48,099 nt of DNA from an uncultured Verrucomicrobiota bacterium (GCA_964355375.1 CAYHFE010000001.1:27891-75989), one strand, 5' to 3'. Counted from the stretch's first letter, positions 34,865 to 46,693 are shown. The notes: generated from the letters alone by a model not told the origin. Program-made: numbers and translations.

Positions 34865-35623
34865 TCAGGCCGACGGCGGTTCCTCGTTAATGATCCAATC
34901 GTAGCCTCGTTCCTCCAGAGCCAGGGCCAAGGCTTTGTCTCCGGATCGGACGATGCGTCCATCGTAGAGCACGTGGACAAAGTCGGGCACGATGTAATTG
35001 AGAAGACGCTGGTAGTGCGTAATCAAGAGCTGGGCGTGGTCAGGGCGCTTGAGCTTGTTCACTCCTGAGGCGACGATGCGCAGGGCGTCGATATCAAGGC
35101 CGGAGTCGGTTTCGTCCAGCACCGCCAGTTTGGGTTCCAGGACGGCCATCTGAAAAATCTCATTCCGTTTCTTTTCGCCACCGGAAAAGCCCTCATTGAC
35201 GGGGCGCCGCAGCAGATCCTCATTGAGTTCGAGAAGTTTCATCTTCTCTTTGACGAGGGTCAGAAATTCCATGGCGTCGAGTTCCGGCAATCCCCGATGC
35301 TTCCGCACCTCGTTCAACGCGGCTTTGAGGAAGTAGGTGCTGTTCACGCCCGGGATTTCCACCGGATACTGGAACGCGAGGAAGACGCCTTCACGCGCTC
35401 GTTCTTCAGGATCGAGATCGAGGAGGTCCCGGCCATTGTAGATGACCTGGCCCGCGGTGACTTCGTAGCCGTCACGCCCGGCCAGGATTTGCGCGAGGGT
35501 GCTCTTGCCGCTGCCGTTTGGGCCCATGACAGCATGCACCTCGCCGGCCTGAATTTTGAGGTTGATGCCTTTGAGGATTTTTTTTCCTTCAACGCCGGCG
35601 TGCAGATTAATGATGTCCAACAT
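34865..35623 (-). CDS. sufC: Fe-S cluster assembly ATPase SufC
   Basis: From the ATG at 35623: 'MLDIINLHAGVEGKKILKGINL...GPNGSGKSTL...FSGGEKKRNEIFQM...AVLDETDSGLDIDAL'. Confidence 0.95.
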   Translation of the reverse strand: MLDIINLHAGVEGKKILKGINLKIQAGEVHAVMGPNGSGKSTLAQILAGRDGYEVTAGQVIYNGRDLLDLDPEERAREGVFLAFQYPVEIPGVNSTYFLKAALNEVRKHRGLPELDAMEFLTLVKEKMKLLELNEDLLRRPVNEGFSGGEKKRNEIFQMAVLEPKLAVLDETDSGLDIDALRIVASGVNKLKRPDHAQLLITHYQRLLNYIVPDFVHVLYDGRIVRSGDKALALALEERGYDWIINEEPPSA

Positions 35624-35723
35624 AGTCGCTTTGGCTTCGTGACGGGGAAATTGAATGCAACGATGACTTTGGGGGCTGGAATGACATGCGCAAGTTGAGT
35701 GGGATGCGGCCGTCGGCGGTGGC

Positions 35724-37172
35724 CTAGCCGACGCTGCCCTCAAGGCTGACACCCAGGAGTTTCTGGGCTTCGACGGCAAACTCCATCGGGAGCTGACGGA
35801 AGACCTCCTTGCAGTAGCCGTTGACAATCATGTTGACGGCGTCCTGGGTGGAAAGGCCGCGTTGATTGCAGTAGAAAATCTGGTCCTCGCCGATCTTGGA
35901 GGTCGTCGCCTCGTGTTCGATTTTGGATGAAGTATTTTTCACTTCAATGTAGGGGAAGGTATGCGCTCCACATTGGTTGCCGAGGAGCAGAGAGTCGCAT
36001 TGGGAGAAGTTGCGGGCGTTGGCCGCGCTCTTGGCGATCCGCACCAGACCGCGGTAGCTGTTTTGCCCGTGGCCGGCGGAAATGCCCTTCGAGACGATGG
36101 TGCTGCGGGTGTTCTTCCCGATGTGGAGCATCTTGGTTCCGGTGTCCGCTTGTTGGTAATTGTTCGTCAGCGCCACCGAATAGAATTCTCCCGTGGAGTT
36201 GTCTCCTTGAAGAACCACACTTGGGTATTTCCAGGTGATCGCGGAGCCGGTTTCGACTTGCGTCCAGGAAATTTTCGAATGAACTCCGCGGGCTAAGCCT
36301 CGTTTCGTGACGAAATTGTAAATGCCGCCCCGGCCGAATTCGTCGCCGGGATACCAATTCTGGACGGTGGAGTACTTGATTTCGGCGCGATCCAACGCCA
36401 GGAGCTCGACGACGGCCGCGTGCAACTGATTCTTGTCGCGCTTTGGGGCGGTGCATCCCTCGAGATAACTCACCTGGCTTCCCTCTTCGGCGACGATCAA
36501 TGTCCGCTCAAACTGTCCGGTGTCGGCCGCGTTGATCCGGAAGTAGGTGGATAGCTCCATCGGGCAGCGGACTCCTTTCGGGATGTAGCAGAACGAACCG
36601 TCGCTGAACACCGCCGAATTGAGCGTGGCAAAGAAATTGTCTGTGTAAGGAACCACGGACCCGAGGTACTTCCGGATCAAGTCGGGATGGGTGTGGACCG
36701 CCTCGGAGAACGAGCAGAAGACGATGCCCTTCTCGGCGAGCTTCTCTTTGAACGTGGTGCCAACGGAGACGCTGTCAAACACGGCATCGACCGCGACACC
36801 GGCCAGGCGCTCTCGTTCCTTCAAAGGAATGCCCAACTTCGCGTAGGTCTCGAGGAGCTTGGGATCGACTTCATCGAGGCTCTTCGGACCGGAGCCGGCT
36901 TGGCGAGGCGCGGAATAATAGATGATCGTCTGGTAGTCGATCGGCGGGTATTGCACCTTTGGCCAGATGGGTTCCGTCATCGTGAGCCAATGCCGATACG
37001 CCCTGAGCCGCCATTCGAGGAGGAATTCAGGTTCGTTCTTCTTGGCTGAAATCAGGCGGACGATATCCTCGTTTAGCCCTGGTGGCGCCGATTCGGTTTC
37101 GATGTCGGTCACGAAACCGTACTTGTACTCTTTGTTGACGAATCCTTCGATGGTCTCGGTGGCGGTACTCAT
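35724..37172 (-). CDS. sufB: Fe-S cluster assembly protein SufB
   Basis: 482 aa, with 'EGCTAP', '[20 protein letters not shown]' and '[21 protein letters not shown]'. Confidence 0.95.
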   Translation of the reverse strand: MSTATETIEGFVNKEYKYGFVTDIETESAPPGLNEDIVRLISAKKNEPEFLLEWRLRAYRHWLTMTEPIWPKVQYPPIDYQTIIYYSAPRQAGSGPKSLDEVDPKLLETYAKLGIPLKERERLAGVAVDAVFDSVSVGTTFKEKLAEKGIVFCSFSEAVHTHPDLIRKYLGSVVPYTDNFFATLNSAVFSDGSFCYIPKGVRCPMELSTYFRINAADTGQFERTLIVAEEGSQVSYLEGCTAPKRDKNQLHAAVVELLALDRAEIKYSTVQNWYPGDEFGRGGIYNFVTKRGLARGVHSKISWTQVETGSAITWKYPSVVLQGDNSTGEFYSVALTNNYQQADTGTKMLHIGKNTRSTIVSKGISAGHGQNSYRGLVRIAKSAANARNFSQCDSLLLGNQCGAHTFPYIEVKNTSSKIEHEATTSKIGEDQIFYCNQRGLSTQDAVNMIVNGYCKEVFRQLPMEFAVEAQKLLGVSLEGSVG

Positions 37173-37193
37173 GAATCGAAAACTGTTTCGCGT

Positions 37194-37640
37194 TTACCGC
37201 GTTTTCTGGGTCGAACAGTGCCGACAGACTCCTCTGAATGCAACTTCGCAGTGGTTGGCCGTGAAGCCTTCCGGCAATTGAGCTTGGGAATTGGGTCCGG
37301 TCGTGGACATTTCAATGTCAAAAACGCCGCCGCATTGATCGCAAAAAAAGTGACAGTGCTTTTCCATGTTTGGGCAGAAACGGGTTGCTCCCCGGTCAAT
37401 ATGAACCTGGCGAACGAGATGACATTTTACGAGAGCGTCCAGGCAGTTATACACCGTCGCCATCGATATGTCGGGCATACGCCGCTTGGCGCGCATGAAA
37501 AGCTCTTCGGCGGTCGGATGGTCAGCGTCTTGGATGAGAACATCGTAAACGTGCTCACGGTGCGCTGTTGCGCGATAACCACTGTTGGCCAATCGTTTCG
37601 TCAAATGCTGGGTCGGAAATCTGTGGTCGCCAGAATCCAT
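37194..37640 (-). CDS. Fur-family metalloregulator heading the suf operon
   Basis: 'GYRATAHREHVYDVLIQDADHPTAEELF...ISMATVYNCL' (winged helix) plus the Zn motifs 'CDQCG' and 'CRHC'. The ATG at 37640 is preferred over the TTG at 37703. Confidence 0.8.
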   Translation of the reverse strand: MDSGDHRFPTQHLTKRLANSGYRATAHREHVYDVLIQDADHPTAEELFMRAKRRMPDISMATVYNCLDALVKCHLVRQVHIDRGATRFCPNMEKHCHFFCDQCGGVFDIEMSTTGPNSQAQLPEGFTANHCEVAFRGVCRHCSTQKTR

Positions 37641-37647
37641 GTCGGGG

Positions 37648-37675
37648 AGCCTAGTGACTCTTCTCACTCTGTCAA
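37648..37675 (-). promoter_or_regulatory. candidate sigma-70-type promoter for the fur-suf operon
   Basis: On the minus strand, TTGACA (37675-37670), a 16-nt spacer, then TAGGCT (37653-37648), ending 7 nt before the ATG at 37640. This would imply a near-leaderless transcript. Motif-level evidence only. Confidence 0.2.
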
Positions 37676-37793
37676 GAGTTAGAAGTATTCTAAGTTTAAA
37701 CAAGATCTACTGATAGGATATCGATTGAGCTGTTGGCGCCGGCCGATTGCCCAAAGTTCGCCTGGAATCTTATCCCGATTTCCCGATTCATGA

Positions 37794-39731
37794 TTATGAT
37801 TCAGATTCCATCATAGCATCAACGGTGGCTTGTGACTGGTGTCTTTCGGCTGAGCGTTTCATCCAAACCACCACCAGGCTGACGTCGGAGGGCGAGACAC
37901 CCGCGATTCTGGAGGCTTGCCCGAGCGTTGTGGGCCGGATATTTTGAAGCTTCAATCGAGCTTCAATCCGCAAACTAGGTATCTCGGAATAGTCCAGCCA
38001 TGAAGGGATGTTCTTCTCTTCCATTGACTTAAACTTGTTCACATCGATTTCTTGTCTCGCGATGTAGCCGGCATATTTAACGGCAATCTCCACTTGCTGG
38101 ACTACTTCAGAATCGAGAGTTTCGTTCCGATTGGGGAGGTCAGAGTAGTGAATTTCCGGTCGCCTCAGAATCTGCGTGAGAGTTGTCACCCCATGTCGTT
38201 GGCTTTCTAGGCGGCCGAATTCCAATTCGATGGCTCGGCGTTTCGACTCGACTCGATCGAAGTTCCGTTTTGGGAGCAAGCCGATTTCAAATCCCAGAGC
38301 CGAAAGTCGGAGATCCGCGTTGTCTTGGCGCAAAAGCAGACGGTACTCAGCTCGAGAGGTAAACATCCGATAAGGCTCGGTCGTGCCCTTGGTCACTAAA
38401 TCATCGATCAAAACTCCGATGTAGGCCTGATCACGCCGGAGGACGAGTGGCGAAGTGCGTTGGACGCGTCGAGCCGCGTTAATACCGGCCATGAGGCCCT
38501 GAGCGGCGGCTTCTTCATAGCCCGAAGTGCCGTTGATTTGGCCGGCGAGGAAAAGGTTCTGGCAAACTTTGGTTTCTAAGGATGGATGGAGTTGAGTAGG
38601 AAAGGCAAAGTCATATTCTACGGCGTAGGCTGGGCGCATGATTTCGGCATTTTCGCAGCCCTCAATGGTTCTGACTAAATCGACTTGGACCTCGAATGGA
38701 AGTGAGGTTGAGAAGCCGTTGACATAGATCTCATCGGTTGAAATCCCTTCAGGCTCGAGAAAGATCTGGTGCCTTTCCTTGTCGGGAAATTTGACGATTT
38801 TGTCTTCGATAGATGGACAGTATCTCGGACCCACACCATGGATCGCCCCAGAGTACAATGGAGACTTGTGAAGGTTCTCGCGAATCAGGTTGGCCGTTGC
38901 CTCCGTGGTGTAGGTGATATGGCACGGCATCTGGCCGTTGATCCGATCGAGTATTGAACCAGGGGGATACTTGCCTAGTGATCCTCGAGTTTCCATAGGA
39001 TTCACCCCGGAATGTTCCACGTGGAACAAGTCTTCTTTCCAGAAGCTGAAATACGGAACCGGCTCGTCTCCACCCTGAGGAAGCGTCCGGCTGAAATCAA
39101 TCGATCTGCGCAGAAGTCGAGGCGGGGTGCCGGTTTTGAGTCGTCCCAATTCGAGACCCAATTCAATCAAGGACGATGAAAGGCTCATCGCCGCCGCCTC
39201 ACCGGCTCGTCCTCCAGACTGTTGAGCGGTCCCGATGTGCATCAATCCGCGAAGAAACGTTCCCGTGGTGATGACGACGGTTTCCCCCTCGTATTCAACT
39301 CCAAGAGTTGTTTCAATCCCTTGAATTCGTCGATCGATATGGAGAAGTCGAGCCACTTGCCCCTGTCTGAGATCCAGATTCGGCTGTCGTTCACAGATCC
39401 ATTTCAGTCTAAATTGATATGCCTTCTTATCGCATTGGGCTCGCGGAGCCCAAACGGACGGACCCTTCTTGGTATTGAGCATGCGAAACTGCAGCCCGGT
39501 CATGTCCGTCGCCCTGCCCATTTCTCCGCCGAAGGCGTCGATTTCGCGAGTCAAGTGACCCTTGGCGAGTCCTCCAATGGCTGGGTTGCAGGACATTTGA
39601 CCGACTGAATCGACATTGATCGATAGAAGGAGTGTCTGGCACCCAATTCGTGCGGAAGCCAGGGCCGCCTCGACTCCGGCATGACCTGCGCCGACGACGA
39701 TCACGTCGTACTTTTTTGGAAATCGATACAT
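37794..39731 (-). CDS. mnmG: tRNA uridine-5-carboxymethylaminomethyl modification enzyme MnmG (GidA)
   Basis: From the ATG at 39731: 'MYRFPKKYDVIVVGAGHAGVEAALASARIG...MSCNPAIGGLAKGHL', a FAD-binding GidA pattern. Confidence 0.95.
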   Translation of the reverse strand: MYRFPKKYDVIVVGAGHAGVEAALASARIGCQTLLLSINVDSVGQMSCNPAIGGLAKGHLTREIDAFGGEMGRATDMTGLQFRMLNTKKGPSVWAPRAQCDKKAYQFRLKWICERQPNLDLRQGQVARLLHIDRRIQGIETTLGVEYEGETVVITTGTFLRGLMHIGTAQQSGGRAGEAAAMSLSSSLIELGLELGRLKTGTPPRLLRRSIDFSRTLPQGGDEPVPYFSFWKEDLFHVEHSGVNPMETRGSLGKYPPGSILDRINGQMPCHITYTTEATANLIRENLHKSPLYSGAIHGVGPRYCPSIEDKIVKFPDKERHQIFLEPEGISTDEIYVNGFSTSLPFEVQVDLVRTIEGCENAEIMRPAYAVEYDFAFPTQLHPSLETKVCQNLFLAGQINGTSGYEEAAAQGLMAGINAARRVQRTSPLVLRRDQAYIGVLIDDLVTKGTTEPYRMFTSRAEYRLLLRQDNADLRLSALGFEIGLLPKRNFDRVESKRRAIELEFGRLESQRHGVTTLTQILRRPEIHYSDLPNRNETLDSEVVQQVEIAVKYAGYIARQEIDVNKFKSMEEKNIPSWLDYSEIPSLRIEARLKLQNIRPTTLGQASRIAGVSPSDVSLVVVWMKRSAERHQSQATVDAMMESES

Positions 39732-39732
39732 G

Positions 39733-41331
39733 CTAGCCCGATTTCTGGTAAGTGGCCGAGAACGGGTTGATTCCCGTATTCTTAGATACCCTGTGGTAGG
39801 GGTTCGATGCCAGATGTTCGCAGATCTTGAACACCGACTCGATCCGTTCTTGGGCACCAATTCCACTCGTGATTTGGGATAAAGTCATCGGGTAATCCTT
39901 CCTATCGGCCAGGAAATCGAGGATTCGAAGTTGCAGGGAGATGACATTCTCTGCCGCCTTCTTTCCAGCTTCAACGCCGGGTTGGTGATAGGCATTGACA
40001 TTGATCAGGGAAGCGTAGAATCCGACGGTTCGTTCAAACAAGGCGATTAGAACTCCGATGGTGAACGCCGACAAATCGCGAATCGTGAGCGTAATAGACT
40101 CCCGATCTTTTTCGTAAAGGGCCTCCCGAGTTCCGAGGAAAAAGCCACTGAGATAGTCCCCCGAGGTGATCCTGGGTTCGACCGCAATCGAAGCCGATGC
40201 ACGATCTTGAAGGACTTCAATAAATGTCACAAAAAAGTTGTTTGAACCATCCCTAAGTTGTTGCACATAAGCATGTTGATCAGTCGATCCTTTGTTGCCA
40301 AAGACAGATAAGCCCTGGTTGACGATGGTGCCATCAAGGTCAAGTTCCTTGCCCAACGATTCCATGATCAATTGTTGGAGATAGCGGGAAAAGAGCTCAA
40401 GTCGGTCCTTGTAGGGCAATACCACCATTGCTTTCGATCCCTTTCCGTTTCCGACGTAATACCACATCAGCGCGAGCTGAGCGGCCGGGTTCAGCTCGAG
40501 ATCAGGCTGTCGGGTGATTTCATCGCACGCTTTGGCTCCAGCTAGGAGACCTCGGATGTCAAACCCGGCTGCCGCAGCGGGGAGCAGTCCAACCGCAGAA
40601 AGGACGCTCGTGCGGCCACCGACCCAATCCCACATCGGAAACCGCTTCAACCACCCGTCTTTCTCGGCGAGTTGGTCCATGGCGCTTTGAACCCCCGTGA
40701 TGGCGACAGCATGAGATTCGAAACGCAGTCCTTGCTTCCCGTAAGCCGCTTTCGCTTCGATCATTCCGTTACGGGTTTCTTTCGTGCCGCCGGATTTCGA
40801 AATGACAACGCACAACGTTCGGCCTAACTCGGGTCCGATGCTATCGAGCACCTTGTCCATTCCATCGGGATCGGTGTTGTCGAAGAAGTAGGCTTTCATT
40901 TTGTCGCGGCCCGGCTGGCTCAAAGCCGAAGCGATGAACTGTGGGCCAAGGGCTGAACCTCCAATCCCGATGAGGAGCAGGTTGGTGAAGGCGCCGCGCG
41001 TTCCACAGATCGTCCCCTCGTGAATAGCCTGGGCAAATCCGCTGATTGAAGAGACCGTGTCCTCGATGGCCCCCCGCATCTCCGCGGTCGGGGCGAGTGA
41101 CGGATTTCGCAGCCAGTAATGCCCGACCATCCGCTCCTCGTCTGGATTGGCGATCACGCCCTTCTCCAAGGCTTCCATGGCGGCGAACGCGCGTTCGAGT
41201 TTTGGTATCATGAAACTCAAGAAATCGTCGCCAAAGTTCATGCGACTGATATCGATGGCCAGTCCAAGAGAGGGGAACTCCCGGTAGAACCGCTGAAATC
41301 GGATCCAGAGTTGTTCGTTGGTGAATTTCAT
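39733..41331 (-). CDS. pgi: glucose-6-phosphate isomerase
   Basis: '[14 protein letters not shown]', '[11 protein letters not shown]' and '[14 protein letters not shown]', a PGI SIS-domain pattern. The ATG at 41331 is 'MKFTNEQLW'. Confidence 0.9.
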   Translation of the reverse strand: MKFTNEQLWIRFQRFYREFPSLGLAIDISRMNFGDDFLSFMIPKLERAFAAMEALEKGVIANPDEERMVGHYWLRNPSLAPTAEMRGAIEDTVSSISGFAQAIHEGTICGTRGAFTNLLLIGIGGSALGPQFIASALSQPGRDKMKAYFFDNTDPDGMDKVLDSIGPELGRTLCVVISKSGGTKETRNGMIEAKAAYGKQGLRFESHAVAITGVQSAMDQLAEKDGWLKRFPMWDWVGGRTSVLSAVGLLPAAAAGFDIRGLLAGAKACDEITRQPDLELNPAAQLALMWYYVGNGKGSKAMVVLPYKDRLELFSRYLQQLIMESLGKELDLDGTIVNQGLSVFGNKGSTDQHAYVQQLRDGSNNFFVTFIEVLQDRASASIAVEPRITSGDYLSGFFLGTREALYEKDRESITLTIRDLSAFTIGVLIALFERTVGFYASLINVNAYHQPGVEAGKKAAENVISLQLRILDFLADRKDYPMTLSQITSGIGAQERIESVFKICEHLASNPYHRVSKNTGINPFSATYQKSG

Positions 41332-41614
41332 AAGCGCAAGATAAACCAGACCGGTGACATACAAACAGGAAATCCGGGGAAAGGCGAGGAGTGTTTCCGG
41401 GATCGTCAGTGCCCGAGCAATGGGTGCAAGGCATGGCCAAGTCCAGCGAAGGCATGGAAGGCTCGGTCTTTCGCCGCTCAAAATCCGAGCTGGCATTTTT
41501 TTCCGATCAATCTACCGTGATGCGCGTATTCGCCTGTTTTCTGGCCGCGGAATTCAGGGAAGGCCTCACGGCCAGTGGTTAATGTCACGCGGCCTAAAAG
41601 TTGCTTAGAGCGGA

Positions 41615-41896
41615 TTGTGTATGCGTTTGATCGTTGTGCTCGCCGGCGGGTTTGGCTTTGTCACGGCCCTGTTGGGCGGTTTAGTTTGGGAGAAGCCTTT
41701 GGAAGAAAGTCTGGTTAATGGGATTGTCTCAGCGCTGGTGGCGGGAATACTGTTGCGTTGGTGGATGAGGATGTGGATTACCAGCTTGGAAAGAGTATCG
41801 CGGGATGACGAGATGTCAGCCCGGTTGGATCAGATAGAAACCGACATGGCGAAACAACAATCGGCGTCAAAACCGAGTGAATCCAGAAGGTCATGA
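41615..41896 (+). CDS. small two-TM membrane protein, unknown function
   Basis: 'MRLIVVLAGGFGFVTALLGGLVW...IVSALVAGILLRWW' gives two hydrophobic helices, followed by a charged tail. It lies directly upstream of fliA and overlaps it. Confidence 0.45.
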   Translation: MCMRLIVVLAGGFGFVTALLGGLVWEKPLEESLVNGIVSALVAGILLRWWMRMWITSLERVSRDDEMSARLDQIETDMAKQQSASKPSESRRS

Positions 41897-41912
41897 CAAT
41901 TCGGGAGGAGAG

Positions 41913-42704
41913 ATGGAATCCCGAGTCTCGAAATCGTTGCCCGATAAGGTTGTAAAGCTTTATCGGAAGACGTGCATTAAGGACTACACCGAGGACGAAC
42001 TTGTGGTGAAGTACGCGCCGCTCGTCTTGAAGATGGTTCATCGGATAGCCCCAATCACCCGATCGGTGGTTGATTTCGAGGATCTGAAGAACGTTGCGTA
42101 TTTCGCCTTGGTGCAAGCGGCTCGATCCTTCGATCCCGAGCTCGGGGTGGCATTTGAGGTTTACTGCAAACATCGGATTCGAGGGGCGATTCTGGATGAG
42201 TTGCGCAAGAATTCCTCGGTGACCCGGTCCGTCTATTCCCGCTGGAAGAAGCTCGAACGCGCGATTCAAGACCTCGAGGATCGCTTGGGACAACCCCCCG
42301 AGGAATCCGAGATTGCGGCCAGTTTGAACATCAGCGTGGACGAATATCGGGCGTTGCTGGACGATCTCCGGTTGGTCGCCTACGTTTCACTCGATGAAAT
42401 CTCCGATCCCGAATCAGAATCTGGGGACTTCATTCCCTTTCAGCTCGAAGATTTGCACCAGGTGGATCCCGCTGGACAGGCCAGCACTCGAGATTTGCAG
42501 AACCTCATTCGCGATCGAATACTCCAAATGACACCGCAGCAGAAGAAGACCCTGACGCTCTATTACTATGAAGGATTGCGGTTCAAAGATATCGCGGTCT
42601 TGCTGCGCGTGAGTGAATCCAGAATCTGCCAGATTCACACAGAGGCGATCCTGTCGTTGCGTGCCTTCCTTGACAGGGAGGACAGTTTGGCGGATAAAAA
42701 ATAG
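41913..42704 (+). CDS. fliA: flagellar sigma-28 factor FliA/WhiG
   Basis: Region 2 'FEDLKNVAYFALVQAARSFDPELGVAFEVYCKHRIRGAILDELR' and region 4 'LYYYEGLRFKDIAVLLRVSESRICQIHTEAI'. Confidence 0.88.
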   Translation: MESRVSKSLPDKVVKLYRKTCIKDYTEDELVVKYAPLVLKMVHRIAPITRSVVDFEDLKNVAYFALVQAARSFDPELGVAFEVYCKHRIRGAILDELRKNSSVTRSVYSRWKKLERAIQDLEDRLGQPPEESEIAASLNISVDEYRALLDDLRLVAYVSLDEISDPESESGDFIPFQLEDLHQVDPAGQASTRDLQNLIRDRILQMTPQQKKTLTLYYYEGLRFKDIAVLLRVSESRICQIHTEAILSLRAFLDREDSLADKK

Positions 42705-42712
42705 GTAATGCT

Positions 42713-43576
42713 ATGATTATCATTATCGGCATGGTTATTATCTTTGGGGGAACCATTTTCGGTTTCACCTACGGAGGAGGGAAAGTCGCTTCCCTGTTCC
42801 ACATTTCGGAAATCGTGACGATCGCCAGTATGGCTGGGGGTGCGATGATCATCATGTCCCCTTTGAAAGTGCTGAAGCAGATCCTGACAATGTCGATCAA
42901 CTGCTTGAAGGGCGCGCCGTTTGCGAAGAAGGATTTCGAGGACTTGTTGAAGGTGATGTATGAGCTTTTCGTCTTGGGTCGGCGAAACGGGATGATTGCT
43001 CTGGAAGAGCACGTCATGAACCCGTCTGGAAGCAGCCTTTTCAAAAAGTACCCGTCGTTTGCCAAAAACCATGAAGCGGTAGAATTCTTCTGCGATGGAC
43101 TTCGTCCGATCGTGGATGGTCGCATCAAGCCCGACCAGCTTGAGCCGTTAATGAATAGGTCGCTGCATTCTATCGAGCACGAGAAACACACCCCTCCCAT
43201 GGTCTTGTCCAAAGTGGCGGATGCCTTGCCCGGCTTTGGGATCGTGGCGGCGGTGCTGGGCATTGTCATTACGATGGGTTCGATCGGCGGTGACGTGAGC
43301 GCCGTCGGGATGCATATCGGAGCGGCTCTGACCGGCACCTTCTTGGGCGTGTTTTTGTGCTATGGTATTGTCGGGCCGATCGCAACCAACATGGAATTCT
43401 ACAACCAAAGTGAAATGTCTTATCTCAATTGCATCAAGGCCGCCGTGGTGAGCTTTGCCAACGGACTGCCGCCTCTGGTCGCAGCCGAAGTGGGGCGTCG
43501 GGTGCTGGATAATGATATGAGACCCAACGCCAATGAACTCGAGACGATGCTGAAGACAATGGGCGCCCAGAAGTAG
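42713..43576 (+). CDS. motA: flagellar stator protein MotA
   Basis: Four-TM MotA/TolQ/ExbB pattern, with 'ALPGFGIVAAVLGIVITMGS...GAALTGTFLGVFLCYG'. Confidence 0.9.
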   Translation: MIIIIGMVIIFGGTIFGFTYGGGKVASLFHISEIVTIASMAGGAMIIMSPLKVLKQILTMSINCLKGAPFAKKDFEDLLKVMYELFVLGRRNGMIALEEHVMNPSGSSLFKKYPSFAKNHEAVEFFCDGLRPIVDGRIKPDQLEPLMNRSLHSIEHEKHTPPMVLSKVADALPGFGIVAAVLGIVITMGSIGGDVSAVGMHIGAALTGTFLGVFLCYGIVGPIATNMEFYNQSEMSYLNCIKAAVVSFANGLPPLVAAEVGRRVLDNDMRPNANELETMLKTMGAQK

Positions 43577-43606
43577 GGCCCCCCAACCAAACCTAAAGGA
43601 CTACCT

Positions 43607-44335
43607 ATGGCTGCGGGCGGCGGCGGTTCATGGAAAGTTGCCTACGCCGATTTCGTGACGGCGATGATGGCGCTCTTCATGGCTCTTTGGATCCTCAGTC
43701 AAGATGAAGAGGTCAAAGGGTCGGTGGAGGAGTACTTCAAGAATCCGTGGAAAGCGGCTCTCAGCGACTCCACCGGGATCATCCCGGTGAAGAACGCGGA
43801 TGTGGTGGCTTCGCAAAAGGCCAATTTCGAGGCGCCCTCAGTCATCGAGCTCAACACCGTTCGAAGAATCAACGATGACTTGATCAAGACCTTCATCCAG
43901 AATCCCGAGTATCGGGAACATCGGTCGTTAGCCATCGAATCGGTCCCCGAGGGGGTATTGATCAATTTTCTGGATCGCCCCAACGCTCCGATCTTTCAAA
44001 CCGGGACTAACGCGGCGAAGTTCACCGAATACGGCAATTTTGTCTTTCGAACGGTGGCCTGGGAGGTGGCACGGTATCCGACGACCCATATCGAGTTGGA
44101 GGGTCACGTTCATCAGGGCACGGAGGCTCTGCGCGAGGATTATACCGGTTGGGAGATCTCAACCGACCGGGCCAACGCCTCGAGGCGCATGCTTCTGGAC
44201 AACGGCGTCAAGGATTTGCAGATAATAAAAGTCGCCGGTTACGCGAGCAGAAAGCCGTTGAAAGATCGCAAACCTGATGATCCCACCAACAATCGCGTGA
44301 GCGTCATGATTCGGCATGGTAAAGACCAGAATTGA
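43607..44335 (+). CDS. motB: flagellar stator protein MotB (OmpA-like C-terminus)
   Basis: 'WKVAYADFVTAMMALFMALWIL' (plug/TM with the conserved Asp) and the OmpA-like 'IELEGHV......NASRRMLLDNGV...NNRVSVMI'. Confidence 0.9.
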   Translation: MAAGGGGSWKVAYADFVTAMMALFMALWILSQDEEVKGSVEEYFKNPWKAALSDSTGIIPVKNADVVASQKANFEAPSVIELNTVRRINDDLIKTFIQNPEYREHRSLAIESVPEGVLINFLDRPNAPIFQTGTNAAKFTEYGNFVFRTVAWEVARYPTTHIELEGHVHQGTEALREDYTGWEISTDRANASRRMLLDNGVKDLQIIKVAGYASRKPLKDRKPDDPTNNRVSVMIRHGKDQN

Positions 44336-44347
44336 AGGATTCATCGC

Positions 44348-44779
44348 ATGTCCTCATCGACTTTTGTCCCTTTTTTTGAAAAAACGACCGGCGGGGAATC
44401 GCTTCCGCAGTACCAGTTTAACCAGTTTAGCCAGTACAAAGTCTCCAAGGTCACTCTCACCCCGCCAAAGACCATCCGCCATGTCGAAAAGGACGAGCTC
44501 AAGACGAAGGTCCTCAGCGATCTGAAGAACGCTTTGAGTTTATCCCTCGATCCTGATGCCCTTCAGCAGATCCTCAATGATCTTTCGAAGTATCGTTCGT
44601 CCGAAAAATCGCTCGCCGAATTCTCTTCAGATGAAGGCGAGCCTCAAATGTCCACCATCTCGGCCGGCCAGGAAGGGGAAAAACCGACGGTCAAATTGCA
44701 GAAGGACGGCGATAAAGTCACTAATATCGTGGTTGAGTGCGAGTGCGGACAGGTCATCACGATGGACTGCGTTTACTGA
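44348..44779 (+). CDS. hypothetical protein with a C-terminal Cys cluster, downstream of motB
   Basis: 143-aa ORF starting 12 nt after motB. It ends 'KVTNIVVECECGQVITMDCVY'. I recognise no family. Confidence 0.5.
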   Translation: MSSSTFVPFFEKTTGGESLPQYQFNQFSQYKVSKVTLTPPKTIRHVEKDELKTKVLSDLKNALSLSLDPDALQQILNDLSKYRSSEKSLAEFSSDEGEPQMSTISAGQEGEKPTVKLQKDGDKVTNIVVECECGQVITMDCVY

Positions 44780-44804
44780 TCGCGTCCGAACTGGGCAAGT
44801 TGAA

Positions 44805-44829
44805 GCGCGGAACCGATGGCGTTCCGCGC
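44805..44829. terminator. hairpin between convergent genes (possible bidirectional terminator)
   Basis: Perfect 9-bp stem 'gcgcggaac' cgatggc 'gttccgcgc', lying between the stop at 44779 (+) and the eno stop at 44922 (-). There is no clear U-tract. Confidence 0.3.
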
Positions 44830-44921
44830 ACCGCCAGCCGAGTCAGATCACGCACCCCGTTTGATTTGAGTTTCAAGGGCCAAAGGTAAGGAAGTTCCCC
44901 CGGGGGCGCGTTGTGAGAGGG

Positions 44922-46349
<1,428 letters not shown>

Positions 46350-46693
46350 TTATCTGGCCAGATAATCGGTGGCGTGGGATCGAGAACGCGACCTCGGAAG
46401 TCTTATTGACAAACCGGGGCCACTCGCCAAAATCGCCGCCATTTTGAGCCTTCCCAAGATCAGGGTTTCTTGAGTGAATCGAATGATTCACGCCGAAATG
46501 AATCGGTTTCTGATATGCATTGGTTCCAGGTTGGCGCCGAGACCGCGGATGCGGGAAAGCGGGAAGGAATCGGTTGGTCGGAGGCGTTTTGAGCCTGTCC
46601 GAAAATGATTCGAGCGGAGCAGGGGATTCGGTAATTTCGACAAGACGCAGGCACAGACGCAGATGCTCAACCGGCGATAAACGATAAGCGATT

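Noticed and set aside
34865-35827. Long N-terminal extensions offered by the ORF track for sufC. The same applies to sufD (34980), mnmG (39866), pgi (41496), eno (46295), marR (27847), the ATPase (9098) and ADOP-4 (17563).
   Set aside because: The extensions are low-complexity, overlap the upstream genes and precede canonical family N-termini. Internal ATGs that give standard protein starts and tidy gene spacing were chosen instead.
37775-37800. Fur-box-like AT-rich word 'ataatcatgaatcg' (minus strand) near the mnmG stop.
   Set aside because: It lies ~150 nt upstream of the fur-like gene start and partly inside mnmG. It is a single imperfect half-match to the 19-bp Fur consensus, which is not enough to call an operator.
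46500-46640. Possible lysine (L-box) riboswitch upstream of lysC. Fragments such as 'ggcgccgaga', 'gggaaagcggg', 'ggaggcg' and 'cctgtcc' resemble L-box words.
   Set aside because: The words occur in the wrong 5'-to-3' order and spacing relative to the consensus (AGAGGCGC ... GGAAAGGG ... GCCGAAG ... CUGUCA). I could not draw a P1-P5 architecture.
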